Origin: Paramoeba atlantica | Lineage: Eukaryota > Protista > Discosea | Assembly (NCBI GenBank): GCA_977017575.1 | Contig: CDRNVI010000038.1 | Span: 62,001 to 126,000 of the forward strand | DNA length: 64,000 nucleotides | Direction of reading: 5' to 3' | Shown: positions 54,272-64,000 of the stretch, piece by piece | How positions within the stretch are numbered: position 1 is the first letter of the stretch | Layout of the letters: each line of letters begins with the position of its first letter | Notes under the pieces: model-generated | The model's database searches: none | Told to the model about the DNA's origin: nothing | The model's input: only the letters and a program-made list of their open reading frames with translations | Made by a program: the position numbers and the translations under genes

Positions 54272-54560
54272 CCAATGGCCCTCGAGCGCCCAAAAACCCC
54301 ATTCAGCTCGGGCCCCTCTTCCACGTAGTTTGCATTTTTCGGACCAGTTTCGAATGCGTGAAAAGTGGAATGAAACGGAGCAACGGCCCTCGAGCGCCCA
54401 AAAACCCCTTTCAGCTCGGGTCTTTATTCCACGAAGTTCGCCTTTTTCGCACCAGTTTCGTATGCATGAAAAGTAGAATGAAACGGGGCAATGGCTCTCG
54501 AACGCCCAAAAACCCTATTCAGCTCGAGCCCTTATTCCACGAAGTTCGACTTCACCGCAC
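54272..54560. repeat. About 108-bp degenerate tandem repeat, about 2.7 copies
   Basis: CAAYGGCYCTCGARCGCCCAAAAACCC recurs at about 54273, 54381 and 54489. Confidence 0.85.
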
Positions 54561-55132
54561 GAAACCTAAAACTGGCGTGTGCATAGCCTCGGGGTTTACA
54601 CGAGAGACATGCAGGAGCGGAAAGTTGAAGTTGTTTCGGGAATGTTGAGAATAGTTAAAGGCTGCAAGTTGCAGCTAAAAGGTTGTATGCCCTTCTAAAG
54701 CTGAAGGTGATTTTCCGGCATTATAAAAAAAGAGATATATCCGCTTTATTGTATTCCACCTCATTCCGCCTGTTTCTCCATCACACCTTTCAATTTACTC
54801 GGCGACACTCGATGCTCCACGATTTTGTGGGCGGGTGATCTGTTCGCTCGTTTCGTATTCACGTTCCCAAATGCACCTCTCTCAGGTAAAGGGTGTTTTC
54901 TGTGGGCTGTCCCGGAAAAAAACGGGGGCCTTCAATCAAGGCAATATCGATCTTTTTTATATCGGATCCAATCTCCATGCGAAGCGATCATATACAGAAG
55001 TAACAAAAATGAAATTCAACTAGTAGTAGATATTTCTGTTGGTGTTTCAATACTACATAAGAAGTGTACAAAAGCTATCACTATAAATTCCTTTTCGAAA
55101 GAATCGTAGATTGATATATCTTTTTGACTAGC

Positions 55133-58100
55133 CTATATTGCGTTAGTAGTTTTCCGAAAACGAAAGCGTTCAACGCCACGTCTGTCGCCACCTTGAGAAG
55201 GGATGTCATCCAGCCTAATGCACCTGGAGGGCTTATCTTCTAGGTTTCTATCCGAGGGACACCACATAACTTCTGTAATGTACCCCTTCACTTTGAACCA
55301 AAAAAGTTTCTTAAGCCAACTCATCACTTTTGGTGGGCCTGCCCGCCAACGCGTTAGCCATGAAACCACATTCTTGTTGTCGGAAATTAAAGTGCTATTC
55401 CGTAAGTTTTTTTGTCTAACTAAATTCATCCCCTGCTCCGCGGCATACAATTCTTTATATGCAATCGATGAATCTTTCAACCAAAAGGGAAACCTTCCAG
55501 CCTTATATTTTAGGTCGCCGTGCTCTGTCCAAGCCAAACCCCACCCTTGATCAGAGGCATCCACAAAAATTTCAAAAGAAGCGACGCTTTTTTCGTTTAC
55601 TTTTCGAGGGCGATTCTCCTCTACTGTGTCAATAAGCTCTACAAGATCTGCAATGAACGCCTTTGACATAAAACAGGGTTTGTCCCATAAAGATTGATCG
55701 AATGCTAGCCTACGGGATCGACCCCGGACCCACAACATGACGCCTAAGAACTGACATTGCTGGATACCTAGAATTCGTGTGGCCCAGAAAAGAGTACCCA
55801 GTACCTTCCAAATTAGGCGATGAGAGGGAAAGAAACGACGTCGCTGCAAACATTGAAATGCCTCGCGTAGTGCAGCTAACTTTTGAAGAAAAAGTACGGG
55901 GAGTGAAAGAGTTTTCTGCTGGAGATCCACGTGTACTCCCAATATTGTGCCGCTCACCGTTGGTTGTGTAGTTACCAATATTTCGGCACCAGCACGGTCG
56001 GCTCGCTGCTGAATGTTTTGCAAATCCCCCGTGAGAGTTTCCGTATCATTCGCAAAACTATAGCCGTTATCTATAAATGTCAAAATTCGCTGTTTTTCTA
56101 TTCCCTGGTACAAGACATTTGTCGCGGCATGGCCTATTTTCACCGACGCCTGCCAACCCATCGGGAGCGTAGCCCATCCGTATGTTCGCCCTTTGACACG
56201 GACTGCGAAGTAAGGGAGCAGCTTTGGCGGCAAGACGAATTGATGGTACCAACTCTTGCCATCCGTTTCGCAAAAGAAATTGTATTTGGCTACCATGGTC
56301 TCTATATCTTTCAAAGATGCAAGGTCTAGAGGGCCTGGTACCATCTCTTGCATAGAGTTTAGCGGAATCGCGTTTAAGATGACACGCATAGATTGCTTCT
56401 TCACTTTGGGTATCAAAAATGATGTCATCCATACTCTTACCGCTCGTCGTGGAATACGCTTCAAAATACCTGCTTGGAGCATCTCGCGGAGCACGCGTCC
56501 TAATTTTTTTGATTCGCCCCGATAACGCAGATCACGGAACTTTTTCAACAATTGCATAAACTTTTCTGGATTAATAATATAATCAAACAGTTCTGCCTCT
56601 TCACTCATATCTTCTTCCTTAGCCATTCTGACTAACTCGGTCAGATTGATTCTGGCGGACGAGACGGCGTCCAGCGGCCAATCTCGTTCACAGGGACGGG
56701 TTCTCTCTCCACGCTGGATTCGTCGATTGTCAGGGAAGTGTATATTGACGTAGGTGGGGTAGGCGACGAATTCATACAGTATTTCCCACGGAGAGGTGCT
56801 CGCACCGACAGGTGCGGCGACGCAGGCTCGCCCATTACGGTGCTGAGCCTCGTCTTCTTTAAGTGACGCGCGTTTAGCGCTGTCTGAACTTCGTACTGGT
56901 CCTCTAGCGATGTTCCCTCCCCCACTGCGTTCACGTAGTCCGCAAGTTCTTTCTCCATAGCTCGCTTCCTTTTTCTGGTTTGTAACGGGGCGGTTAAGTC
57001 GGCTTTCAGCGGGTCTACTAGGTATCTCGGGACCCGGGACTTCGGAGGACTTGTGTCCGTGATAGAACCCTTCGGAAGCATGTGAACTACTCCTCGAGAG
57101 AAATCTTTTCGACACCATGTGGGGTTTTCGCCTTCGCCCATTTCGCGTAGCACCTCGCGCTCTGTGGTCAGGTACGGATAAGGTAGCGTCTGTTGAGGGA
57201 TATGCCGATGAGGAGTGTAATAAGGGGTGGGAAGGTGGTGAGAGTCGAATTTCTGAAGTCGAGAAACGGGAGTTCGTGGATGATCTTCGTCCATCGGGAT
57301 GGGGGGTAGCATTGCTCCTGCCTCGCGTGGTTGTTGTTGTTGTTGGAATGCCTCGAGTGGTGTGGGGAGGGATGGCGGGATTGATTCGCGAGGATCGGGA
57401 GTTTCTGAATGATCTTCCATCATCACGGGAGTTAACAAAGGTTCTTCCTCGCGTGACGTGAGGAGGGACGGCGGGATCGTGTTTGTTGGCTCGGGAAAAC
57501 GTGATTCGAGAGGTGTCTGCAGCCGATGACTCACGCCTGTTGGTACGGGGAGTATTGGTGGGTCTGTACGAGGGGTTCGGCTGGGGCAGAGCGGAGTGGA
57601 AATTACTCGTATGTTGTTTACACAGCTTGAAAAGCTTAGGCGTCTGGGGAGGCTCGCCCTCTGCAGGATTCCCCACCGATCTTTTGGTGTTGAGCAATTC
57701 GATTGAGTGACCACTCCCATCGTTTGATCGACGGATAGAATTGATCTGGGTCCGTTCGTCGGTCTTACCTCTTTCCTCAATGACTCGGGAGTACTTTCCT
57801 GCTGTATTTGAATGCTTCCCGTCTCCACGATAGTTTCGAGCGGCAGGAGTGTCTCTTCGGATGGTGTGAATCCTCTTTTCTCTTCCGACAGGGTAGTTCT
57901 TGGCTCGTCGAGATCTGGCTTTTCTTCTCTCCGGGATGTCGTGGCTTGATTGTGACAAATTTCCCGGGTCTGCGTCGTAGGATGCTCGAAAGGCACGGCT
58001 ACGTATTGTCCTAGTTTTCGAGACACCTCTAATCCCGCTATCGCTCTTGGGTCTAGAAACGAGCCGAGATACGCCCGCAGGGAAGCTTCGGAAACGTGCC

Positions 58101-59323
58101 GAGTCAGTTGCTGTATCGCTACTGCATCTTCCCCAGCCGCCGCGAGATGCTGGAGCGCGCTGCGTCTGATGGAGTACAAGGTGTGTTTTTCTTTTAGAAG
58201 AGGGTGACGAGTAACAACTGGGATTTTTCTCAATCGCTGATCGATTTGGTGTAGCTTCACCCCGGGGAATAATTGCTGTTCGTTTGCCTCTCGTCTCCGC
58301 CATATCTGCTTCACCACAAGGTCGCTCCAAAATGCCGGAACGTACATTCTTACACAACGCGGACTTAAGCGTTCCGTGGTCGTGGTGTTTTTGCACATTT
58401 GGTACATCCATATACTTAATTGCAATTCGTGGTTGTTCTCCATCATCGCTATATCGCATACTTTCTGGTTTATCAGGTCTCCTGGTCGCTGGCCCGAAAG
58501 CCAGTAGATTATCAGGAATGTTTTTTCCTCGTCGCAGAGACCCGGTCCGGCGAGGAAACTCTTCAAACCGGCTAGATCCATGGGACACGCTCTTATTGCT
58601 GGACTCGCCCTCCTGTGCATCGCTCCTTTGAGGGCTTCTATTTTCTTTAATGGGAGCGGCGATCCTCGCAAAGCGTATTCGTTCCCCAAATGGCAAAGGT
58701 ATTGAGCAACGGTTTGTCCCTTTAAACCTTCTGTTTCGTTCAGATGCACCGCAAATGCGGCTAGGTATATCACCTCCTCGAGGTAATGTCCGTAGTCTCG
58801 GAGCCGCCCCACATAACTTTGATACCGTAGCCATATGCGACGCATAATGTCCCTTGTTCCTTCCGCGAACTTCTCGCGAAAGACATTTTCGGCTTTCAAA
58901 ACTTCTTGGCAGACTGTTTCTTCTGATAATTGCTGTATAACTATATTTTTTGGTATTTTTGTTTGTAATAATGACCCCTCTTTTGGGAAAGATCGGCCGG
59001 CGCCGAGGAAACTTTGCATTAGGTGCACTGTACGGTCTTCTCCCTCCCCGTACAGTTTGATGGGGCGTCCGGCCCCGGGGCCGAGTCACTGAGACCCGGC
59101 GATGTTGTGGCCGTTTCGGGAGGCCATTCCCCGTCCGCCTCGGGCGCGCCCTACGCCTCGGAAAGGTCCTCGAAAACGCTCTCCGTACCCGCGCCCTCCT
59201 CCGTTTTTTGCGTTCATAGCGGCTCCTTGCGCGATCGACATATTTTGGTAATACGACATGGTCGCCTCGTGCGCCTGGGTATATTGATCGTCCATCGGGG
59301 CGCTCTGCGCAGTTTCTTTCCAA
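55133..59323 (-). CDS. YR4 long linker plus RT-RNase H
   Basis: TDGKSWYHQF, LPMGW, FIDN, VDAS..GWG, KELYAAE, ISDN. Confidence 0.9.
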   Translation of the reverse strand: MERNCAERPDGRSIYPGARGDHVVLPKYVDRARSRYERKKRRRARVRRAFSRTFPRRRARPRRTGNGLPKRPQHRRVSVTRPRGRTPHQTVRGGRRPYSAPNAKFPRRRPIFPKRGVIITNKNTKKYSYTAIIRRNSLPRSFESRKCLSREVRGRNKGHYASHMATVSKLCGAAPRLRTLPRGGDIPSRICGASERNRRFKGTNRCSIPLPFGERIRFARIAAPIKENRSPQRSDAQEGESSNKSVSHGSSRFEEFPRRTGSLRRGKNIPDNLLAFGPATRRPDKPESMRYSDDGEQPRIAIKYMDVPNVQKHHDHGTLKSALCKNVRSGILERPCGEADMAETRGKRTAIIPRGEATPNRSAIEKNPSCYSSPSSKRKTHLVLHQTQRAPASRGGWGRCSSDTATDSARFRSFPAGVSRLVSRPKSDSGIRGVSKTRTIRSRAFRASYDADPGNLSQSSHDIPERRKARSRRAKNYPVGREKRIHTIRRDTPAARNYRGDGKHSNTAGKYSRVIEERGKTDERTQINSIRRSNDGSGHSIELLNTKRSVGNPAEGEPPQTPKLFKLCKQHTSNFHSALPQPNPSYRPTNTPRTNRRESSAADTSRITFSRANKHDPAVPPHVTRGRTFVNSRDDGRSFRNSRSSRINPAIPPHTTRGIPTTTTTTRGRSNATPHPDGRRSSTNSRFSTSEIRLSPPSHPLLHSSSAYPSTDATLSVPDHRARGATRNGRRRKPHMVSKRFLSRSSSHASEGFYHGHKSSEVPGPEIPSRPAESRLNRPVTNQKKEASYGERTCGLRERSGGGNIARGPVRSSDSAKRASLKEDEAQHRNGRACVAAPVGASTSPWEILYEFVAYPTYVNIHFPDNRRIQRGERTRPCERDWPLDAVSSARINLTELVRMAKEEDMSEEAELFDYIINPEKFMQLLKKFRDLRYRGESKKLGRVLREMLQAGILKRIPRRAVRVWMTSFLIPKVKKQSMRVILNAIPLNSMQEMVPGPLDLASLKDIETMVAKYNFFCETDGKSWYHQFVLPPKLLPYFAVRVKGRTYGWATLPMGWQASVKIGHAATNVLYQGIEKQRILTFIDNGYSFANDTETLTGDLQNIQQRADRAGAEILVTTQPTVSGTILGVHVDLQQKTLSLPVLFLQKLAALREAFQCLQRRRFFPSHRLIWKVLGTLFWATRILGIQQCQFLGVMLWVRGRSRRLAFDQSLWDKPCFMSKAFIADLVELIDTVEENRPRKVNEKSVASFEIFVDASDQGWGLAWTEHGDLKYKAGRFPFWLKDSSIAYKELYAAEQGMNLVRQKNLRNSTLISDNKNVVSWLTRWRAGPPKVMSWLKKLFWFKVKGYITEVMWCPSDRNLEDKPSRCIRLDDIPSQGGDRRGVERFRFRKTTNAI
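56641..59028 (-). CDS. YR4 tyrosine recombinase with long C-terminal extension
   Basis: SGQRPGD, CKN, YSIRR, TRH..LRAY. Confidence 0.85.
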   Translation of the reverse strand: MHLMQSFLGAGRSFPKEGSLLQTKIPKNIVIQQLSEETVCQEVLKAENVFREKFAEGTRDIMRRIWLRYQSYVGRLRDYGHYLEEVIYLAAFAVHLNETEGLKGQTVAQYLCHLGNEYALRGSPLPLKKIEALKGAMHRRASPAIRACPMDLAGLKSFLAGPGLCDEEKTFLIIYWLSGQRPGDLINQKVCDIAMMENNHELQLSIWMYQMCKNTTTTERLSPRCVRMYVPAFWSDLVVKQIWRRREANEQQLFPGVKLHQIDQRLRKIPVVTRHPLLKEKHTLYSIRRSALQHLAAAGEDAVAIQQLTRHVSEASLRAYLGSFLDPRAIAGLEVSRKLGQYVAVPFEHPTTQTREICHNQATTSRREEKPDLDEPRTTLSEEKRGFTPSEETLLPLETIVETGSIQIQQESTPESLRKEVRPTNGPRSILSVDQTMGVVTQSNCSTPKDRWGILQRASLPRRLSFSSCVNNIRVISTPLCPSRTPRTDPPILPVPTGVSHRLQTPLESRFPEPTNTIPPSLLTSREEEPLLTPVMMEDHSETPDPRESIPPSLPTPLEAFQQQQQPREAGAMLPPIPMDEDHPRTPVSRLQKFDSHHLPTPYYTPHRHIPQQTLPYPYLTTEREVLREMGEGENPTWCRKDFSRGVVHMLPKGSITDTSPPKSRVPRYLVDPLKADLTAPLQTRKRKRAMEKELADYVNAVGEGTSLEDQYEVQTALNARHLKKTRLSTVMGEPASPHLSVRAPLRGKYCMNSSPTPPTSIYTSLTIDESSVEREPVPVNEIGRWTPSRPPESI

Positions 59324-59871
59324 TAGCGGCCGTATTCTCGACCAAACTTATGTTTGTAACGAAGATAGTGCAAATTCTCAAACGCGGGCTCCACTGAAAC
59401 CATCGAAAACGGACGTCCTGCTCGCGCGTGCAACCCGCAATCTTGGAGGTGTTTCGAGATCGTGTCGAGACTTTCTCTCAAACTTATGGCATCCCCCGCA
59501 ACCGCACCAGGATCTTTTGAGTTTCCAAATTGTTTGCGAATTTCATGCTCCAATCGTCCAATTAAATTGTCCCGGTATAGATCACTGCAGAAATGTCGGT
59601 ATTCCCATTCTTTTGGTCGGAAAAGCTTTTCGTGGGGGAGGTCATGGGCCGCAGGATCATACCCGCCCGGCGCCGACACACTCTTTGCTGCCATTCCCAG
59701 AGCTTCCCGAATTTGCGCGGATTGCCGCTCCACCGTAGCTTCCAACATACCGATGCGCTCTTGATCAATCTTCGTTGACGCCATGAGTTCCTCCATACGC
59801 TGCATCATTCTGGTATTATCCCCCAACTGCTGGATCACATCTCTCGGAGAGGGTGGCTGACCTTCGGCCAT
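59086..59871 (-). CDS. YR4 gag-like protein with RGG-rich tail
   Basis: Position, homology to the YR3 N-terminus; no CCHC knuckle. Confidence 0.75.
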   Translation of the reverse strand: MAEGQPPSPRDVIQQLGDNTRMMQRMEELMASTKIDQERIGMLEATVERQSAQIREALGMAAKSVSAPGGYDPAAHDLPHEKLFRPKEWEYRHFCSDLYRDNLIGRLEHEIRKQFGNSKDPGAVAGDAISLRESLDTISKHLQDCGLHARAGRPFSMVSVEPAFENLHYLRYKHKFGREYGRYWKETAQSAPMDDQYTQAHEATMSYYQNMSIAQGAAMNAKNGGGRGYGERFRGPFRGVGRARGGRGMASRNGHNIAGSQ

Positions 59872-60017
59872 GGAAATGGACGATTAGTTAGTAGTTTTCC
59901 GAAAACGAAAGCGTTCTAAAATATATATATATCTTTCGGAAAACCCCAACAGAAATACTCTGATTTTTTTATGCTATAAAAAATCCATTTATACTAAATT
60001 ATCTTTTTTTTTTTTTT

Positions 60018-61570
60018 CCAAGCCGTTACTAGGGCAATTTCACGATCTAGAGACACTAGGTAAAGCTTTTCATTTTTTTTTTTCTTTTTTCTTCTCTCAA
60101 TTTACGAAGAGAAATCTACACCTACAACAGGCGAACAGCAACCCAACTATCCAAGAACTATCCAATAAGATTTTCTTTCTCTTTTTCTTTTTCTCTTTAT
60201 GATGATGAAACATGGACTTTATATATTTTGTTTTGTAATTTTATCGCTTCAATGGAAGTTTGCAGCTCGGGTGGCGAGGTGCGCTAAGCCCCAACGCTTC
60301 TACTCTAAACTAACAGCCTAAACTACTGATTTACACTAGAAGCGCCCCTGGCCATATCGACGTGGATTTCGCTAAGTTCGTCAACCATCCGTTCGAAATA
60401 ATACATTTTTTATATCTTTCTTCATCAATAGGATACCTTTCTTTTTATTATAAGTAACGATAATCTCTGGAGTAAATCTCCCACAATAAAGCGGGAAGTT
60501 GAAATGTTGTCTTTTATCTATTATAAACTAAATTCTAGAGTGTCACGGTTTCCATCAAGATATTTTCGAAGTTGAGAGTATACTTCGATACCGTTCAACT
60601 CCTGCACCAAAAGCTTGAAATCCAATTCCGCCAGTTGACGATCAATTCCTGCTGCATCAGCTAGAACTTGGATTAGTCTTTGAGTGTTTCGGTGGAGAGC
60701 ACCCCCGGACAACACTGGCAGACACTCGAAGCATTCCTCCCTTATGAGTTCGGTTTTAACGTATGTGTTGATTTTCTTTTTGATAGCTTCGTTCATTAGT
60801 TGGGTGCACTTTTTGGAGCGATTCGTGACTGAGAGCTCGTGTATGACCGTAAGGTCATAAAAGACTTCGCCAGTATTCCAGTAAATGACCAGGTCCGGAC
60901 CAGAGCGGCATAGACGCCTTCCAGCGCATACTTTCTGGTGCGTTGATCGATTTTCTGGGTTAATGCTAATTCCGCATGTCAGACATTTCCAGGAAGAGAA
61001 AGCTCTGGGCTCTTTTTCGCAGGGTAAACCCGCTTTGTGGCAAAGACGTTGTATAAAAGTTACGAGCGAATTGTGTTTCATCGTTGTGTTAAATCCGGAG
61101 CATTGGGAGCAGCCTGGGATATGAAAAAGAGCGCTTCGATTATTCAGTATCATACTGCATCCGGGGCATAGAAGGCTTGAGGGAAGGTCTTGATGGTGAG
61201 CATTAAGTCTGGGCATAATGGCAAGCTTGAACAGATGAGACGGTATGTATCGGGCGTGTGACAGAAGCCAGTCGTTATTTCCTTTAAATGAGTTCGCTTG
61301 CAAGATTGGTTTGAGTTCGGGGTCCTGTTGCAACTCTTTCAGAGCTTCATCGTGGTGAATTGCGTTGGCTGTCTGGTTGTCAACTGGTGTAATTTTTAGG
61401 TTAGTTGCTTTCGGAATGCAAGGGTGTGCGGTTGCCATGTCTTTGTCGGTCCGAACTGAAGATGAACTTTGGTGCTCAAGAACCGAAAAGCGCGAGGCCT
61501 CATAAGCATTCTCAAGATGAGGGTTGTACGCCGTTAAACCGAAACCGTCTCACAGTTTCTCCTTGTATTA
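60018..61570 (-). mobile_element. CRE family H, 5'-truncated (ORF about 61560 to 60521)
   Basis: KGNNDWL, CPGC, KH, GPD..YDLTVIH. Confidence 0.85.
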
Positions 61571-63015
61571 TTCACAATCGAAGAATTCGTGTTGCGATCC
61601 GTAATACAGCTGATTTATTTTCGCTGCTTTTTGTATTAAGACAGATAAGTGCGCGGACTATTCCTTTTAAATCCGAGTACAAGGACATTACCATCCTAGT
61701 AAGCGCTGGTCCGACATGAAAAGCATTCAAGGAAAAACAAAAAAAAACGAAACACATTCCTGCCATTGTTCCTTCATATCGCATAGTCTGTACCCCGTTT
61801 GTCCTTCTCAAGAAAGGATCTCAGCTGCGAATATACAACAGCTCCATTCAACTCTTGAAGACAGAGTTGAAACTCCATCTGCGTCTGTTTTCGAGGCAGG
61901 CAACCGAAACCTCCCTTTTTGACTGGTAAGCGCATAATTTTCTTCTGTGACGAGGAAAGGGATCCCACCCAAGCTTCCACAATACTTTCAACCTGGTGGT
62001 CGAACTGCAAGGATGCTTTATCCGTTGCATTCGCTTCATGCACCCTCATCAAATACTGTAGCCTAACGTTTACGCATTTGGATAACAACAACAGGGAGAT
62101 GTTGTTTATTCCCATTTTCTTTAGTCGCCGAAACCCGGTTTCGTATTTGCTAATTTGCCGAAGCAGACGTTCACTGACCGTTTCGTTGTCGCCGATATGA
62201 GCTCCCAGTATTTTTATGGCCTCCGTCTCTGTCTTGACTCCCTGTTCGTGGAGGGCCATTGGGATTCCATGATCTGAAGTTCCTTGATACCACACGCATT
62301 TTGATTCAGCTAATAGTACTCGTTTATCTTTCAACAGGTCTTTTAATCTGAAGAACGCCTTCTCCAGATTAGAAGGGTCACGAGAAACAAGCGTAATGTC
62401 GTCGATGTACGCGTTTATTTCTACTGCGGGGTATTCTGAAGCGAGCGTTTCGAGTATGGGTTGGCAGAAGACACAGAAATACAGACTTGCCAGAGCAGAG
62501 CCCTGTCTCACACCAGCCGAACTCGGAATAATGCCAGCCAAATTCCCATCAGACCCGTAGTAGAGTAGATCGGAAGGCTTTGAGTATTCTGCTGCGAAGA
62601 ATCTTTGGAAGGGTTTTAGGGTTGCAAAAGCGAAAACGCTTTTTGCCAGTTCGTTTCTGGATGGTGTATTAAATGCATTTTTCATATCAACTGATAATAT
62701 TGTATGTCCATCTAGGTAGCGATCGCGTAACTTGTGTACAATTCTCTCGCATCCGGCTTGCGAAAAGACTCCCTGTTGCATGGGTGAGAATAACGGCTCA
62801 AGCGTTTTTTCATATCTTTGAAGAAGTATTAAGCCCGCCAGTTTGCCGAAAATTTCGCCGATAGCTACGGGGAACTCCACCGTCTGGCTTTGCAATTGCT
62901 ACGAGACGAGCCCTATTCAGTCGCTGCATCACTTGGCGCGAGAGAAACCCGTTGATAAGGTCTCCCATCATGTGGCACAGACTGTTGCAACAAGGTTCAT
63001 CGTCAATGAGCAACC
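61571..63015 (-). mobile_element. CRE family I, degenerate (frameshift about 62875, RLE deleted at about 61890)
   Basis: GVRQGSAL, YIDD, LPVKKGGFG joined directly to terminal LQELNG. Confidence 0.82.
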
Positions 63016-63046
63016 TAATAACGCTATTTATATACTATTTCGTATT

Positions 63047-63083
63047 AAGAATCCTTTTATAAATAAAATATCTTTTTTTTTTT
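63047..63083 (-). repeat. Remnant resembling the YR3/YR4 5' terminus
   Basis: AATCCTTTTATAAATAAAATATC(T)n versus AATCCTTTTATGAATAAAATATC(T)n. Confidence 0.6.
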
Positions 63084-63612
63084 GACGAAGCTGACTATAT
63101 TTAGATATATTCGCCATCATTTGTGCAAAGGGGCGATTATTCGAAATTTTTGATTTTGCTAATTTTTTTTTTCTAATTATGTAAAGGGAAGGGTAGTGGT
63201 CCAAAATTTTCGAGTTGCAAAGTAAAGCAAAAGCTTTATTAACTTTTGCAAAAAGTTTTAACTCATGGAAATTGTTTCTAATGTTCAATAAAATAAAATC
63301 TTATATTTCGTCTGAACGATTACCTGACTTTCCGAGTATAATTACTAACACAAGTTTACATTTTTGTCATTGTGATATTTGTCCTTCAGGAATATAACCA
63401 TAAAGTAAAGTGCTCAGTTTGCGTTTACTGGGAAAGATTAGTTGTGTTAATAAAACCGTTTAAGGAAAGATTAGTTACTTAGTCCGCCTATCCAGTTGCA
63501 GTGTGGGATCACGTCTCTTAGTATGGAGCATAATGTTTGCCCTCCTGAATTTCAAATCGTAAACTTATAGAAATCCAGGTCGGGCTGCTCATAAAACATC
63601 TAGTAGAACTAG

Positions 63613-64000
63613 TATTGCGGTGGTTGTAAAACTACCGCTCTACACTCGATTATTGAAAAAAAAGTGAACAAAAACAGTGAAAATATAAAGAGGAACACAG
63701 TAATATAATAGAAGAAAAAAATATAAAAGGGGGCTCCGGTGGTCCAAAACTGAAAAAAAAATTTGAAAAAAATGGGGGGTCCATGGGGGGGGTCCATGGG
63801 GGGGGTCCAGGGGGGGGGTCCAGGGGGGGGGTCCAGGGGGGGGGGGCATGGTCGAGCAAATTTTTTCGAAAAAATTAGTTTTCGAAAAAAAACCGCAGAA
63901 CGGGTAGCCGGGGTCTTGGCGCGCATTTTCCACCCCCCTACCCGGGGGTGACCCCCCCGCGTATCGGCAGGACGGGTCCGCCAAGTTCGGATTTTTTCGG
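63613..64000 (-). mobile_element. Second copy of the HINE-like repeat (runs off window)
   Basis: Reverse complement of about 31557-31918 with extra C-rich units. Confidence 0.6.

Larger units (their letters stand above)
54940..60008 (-). mobile_element. YR4: YR retrotransposon (VIPER/TATE-like order), left boundary uncertain
   Basis: gag, YR and RT/RH ORFs; 30-bp direct repeat at 55142-55171 and 59887-59916; terminus similar to YR3. Confidence 0.85.

Noticed and set aside
63015-63030. TAACGCTATT resembling the trypanosome SL 5' end
   Set aside because: Only 10 nt in AT-rich DNA and does not match the SL-like sequence of this window.

Overview
This 64 kb window is almost entirely nested mobile DNA, with no recognisable intact host gene, rRNA or tRNA. 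A spliced-leader (SL)-like sequence close to the kinetoplastid/diplonemid mini-exon (AAAGTAACGATAAAGATACAGTTTCTGTACCTTGTTG, minus strand 273-309) suggests a euglenozoan host (inference). Contents: (1) about eleven copies or fragments, from several families, of CRE/SLACS-like non-LTR retrotransposons (RT plus C-terminal restriction-like endonuclease), nearly all on the minus strand; (2) four tyrosine-recombinase (YR) retrotransposons with VIPER/TATE-like gag-YR-RT/RNaseH order, two complete with split direct repeats; (3) a GG-ended TIR element with an 8-bp TSD, a Helentron/HINE-like repeat, a 677-bp insertion with a 10-bp TSD, several palindrome-rich tandem arrays and a truncated PIF1-helicase/Ulp1-protease ORF. 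Most notable: in all three full-length YR elements gag and YR are in the same frame separated by one stop codon, while RT lies in the -1 frame behind an in-phase slippery heptamer, suggesting three proteins from one RNA by recoding. Also notable: YxDG/FIDN RT motifs, a UBZ4-like zinc finger inside the CRE endonuclease, and graded SL relics at CRE 5' ends. All alignments were done by eye with no database searches. Coordinates may be off by a few bases, and homopolymer frameshifts could be sequencing errors.
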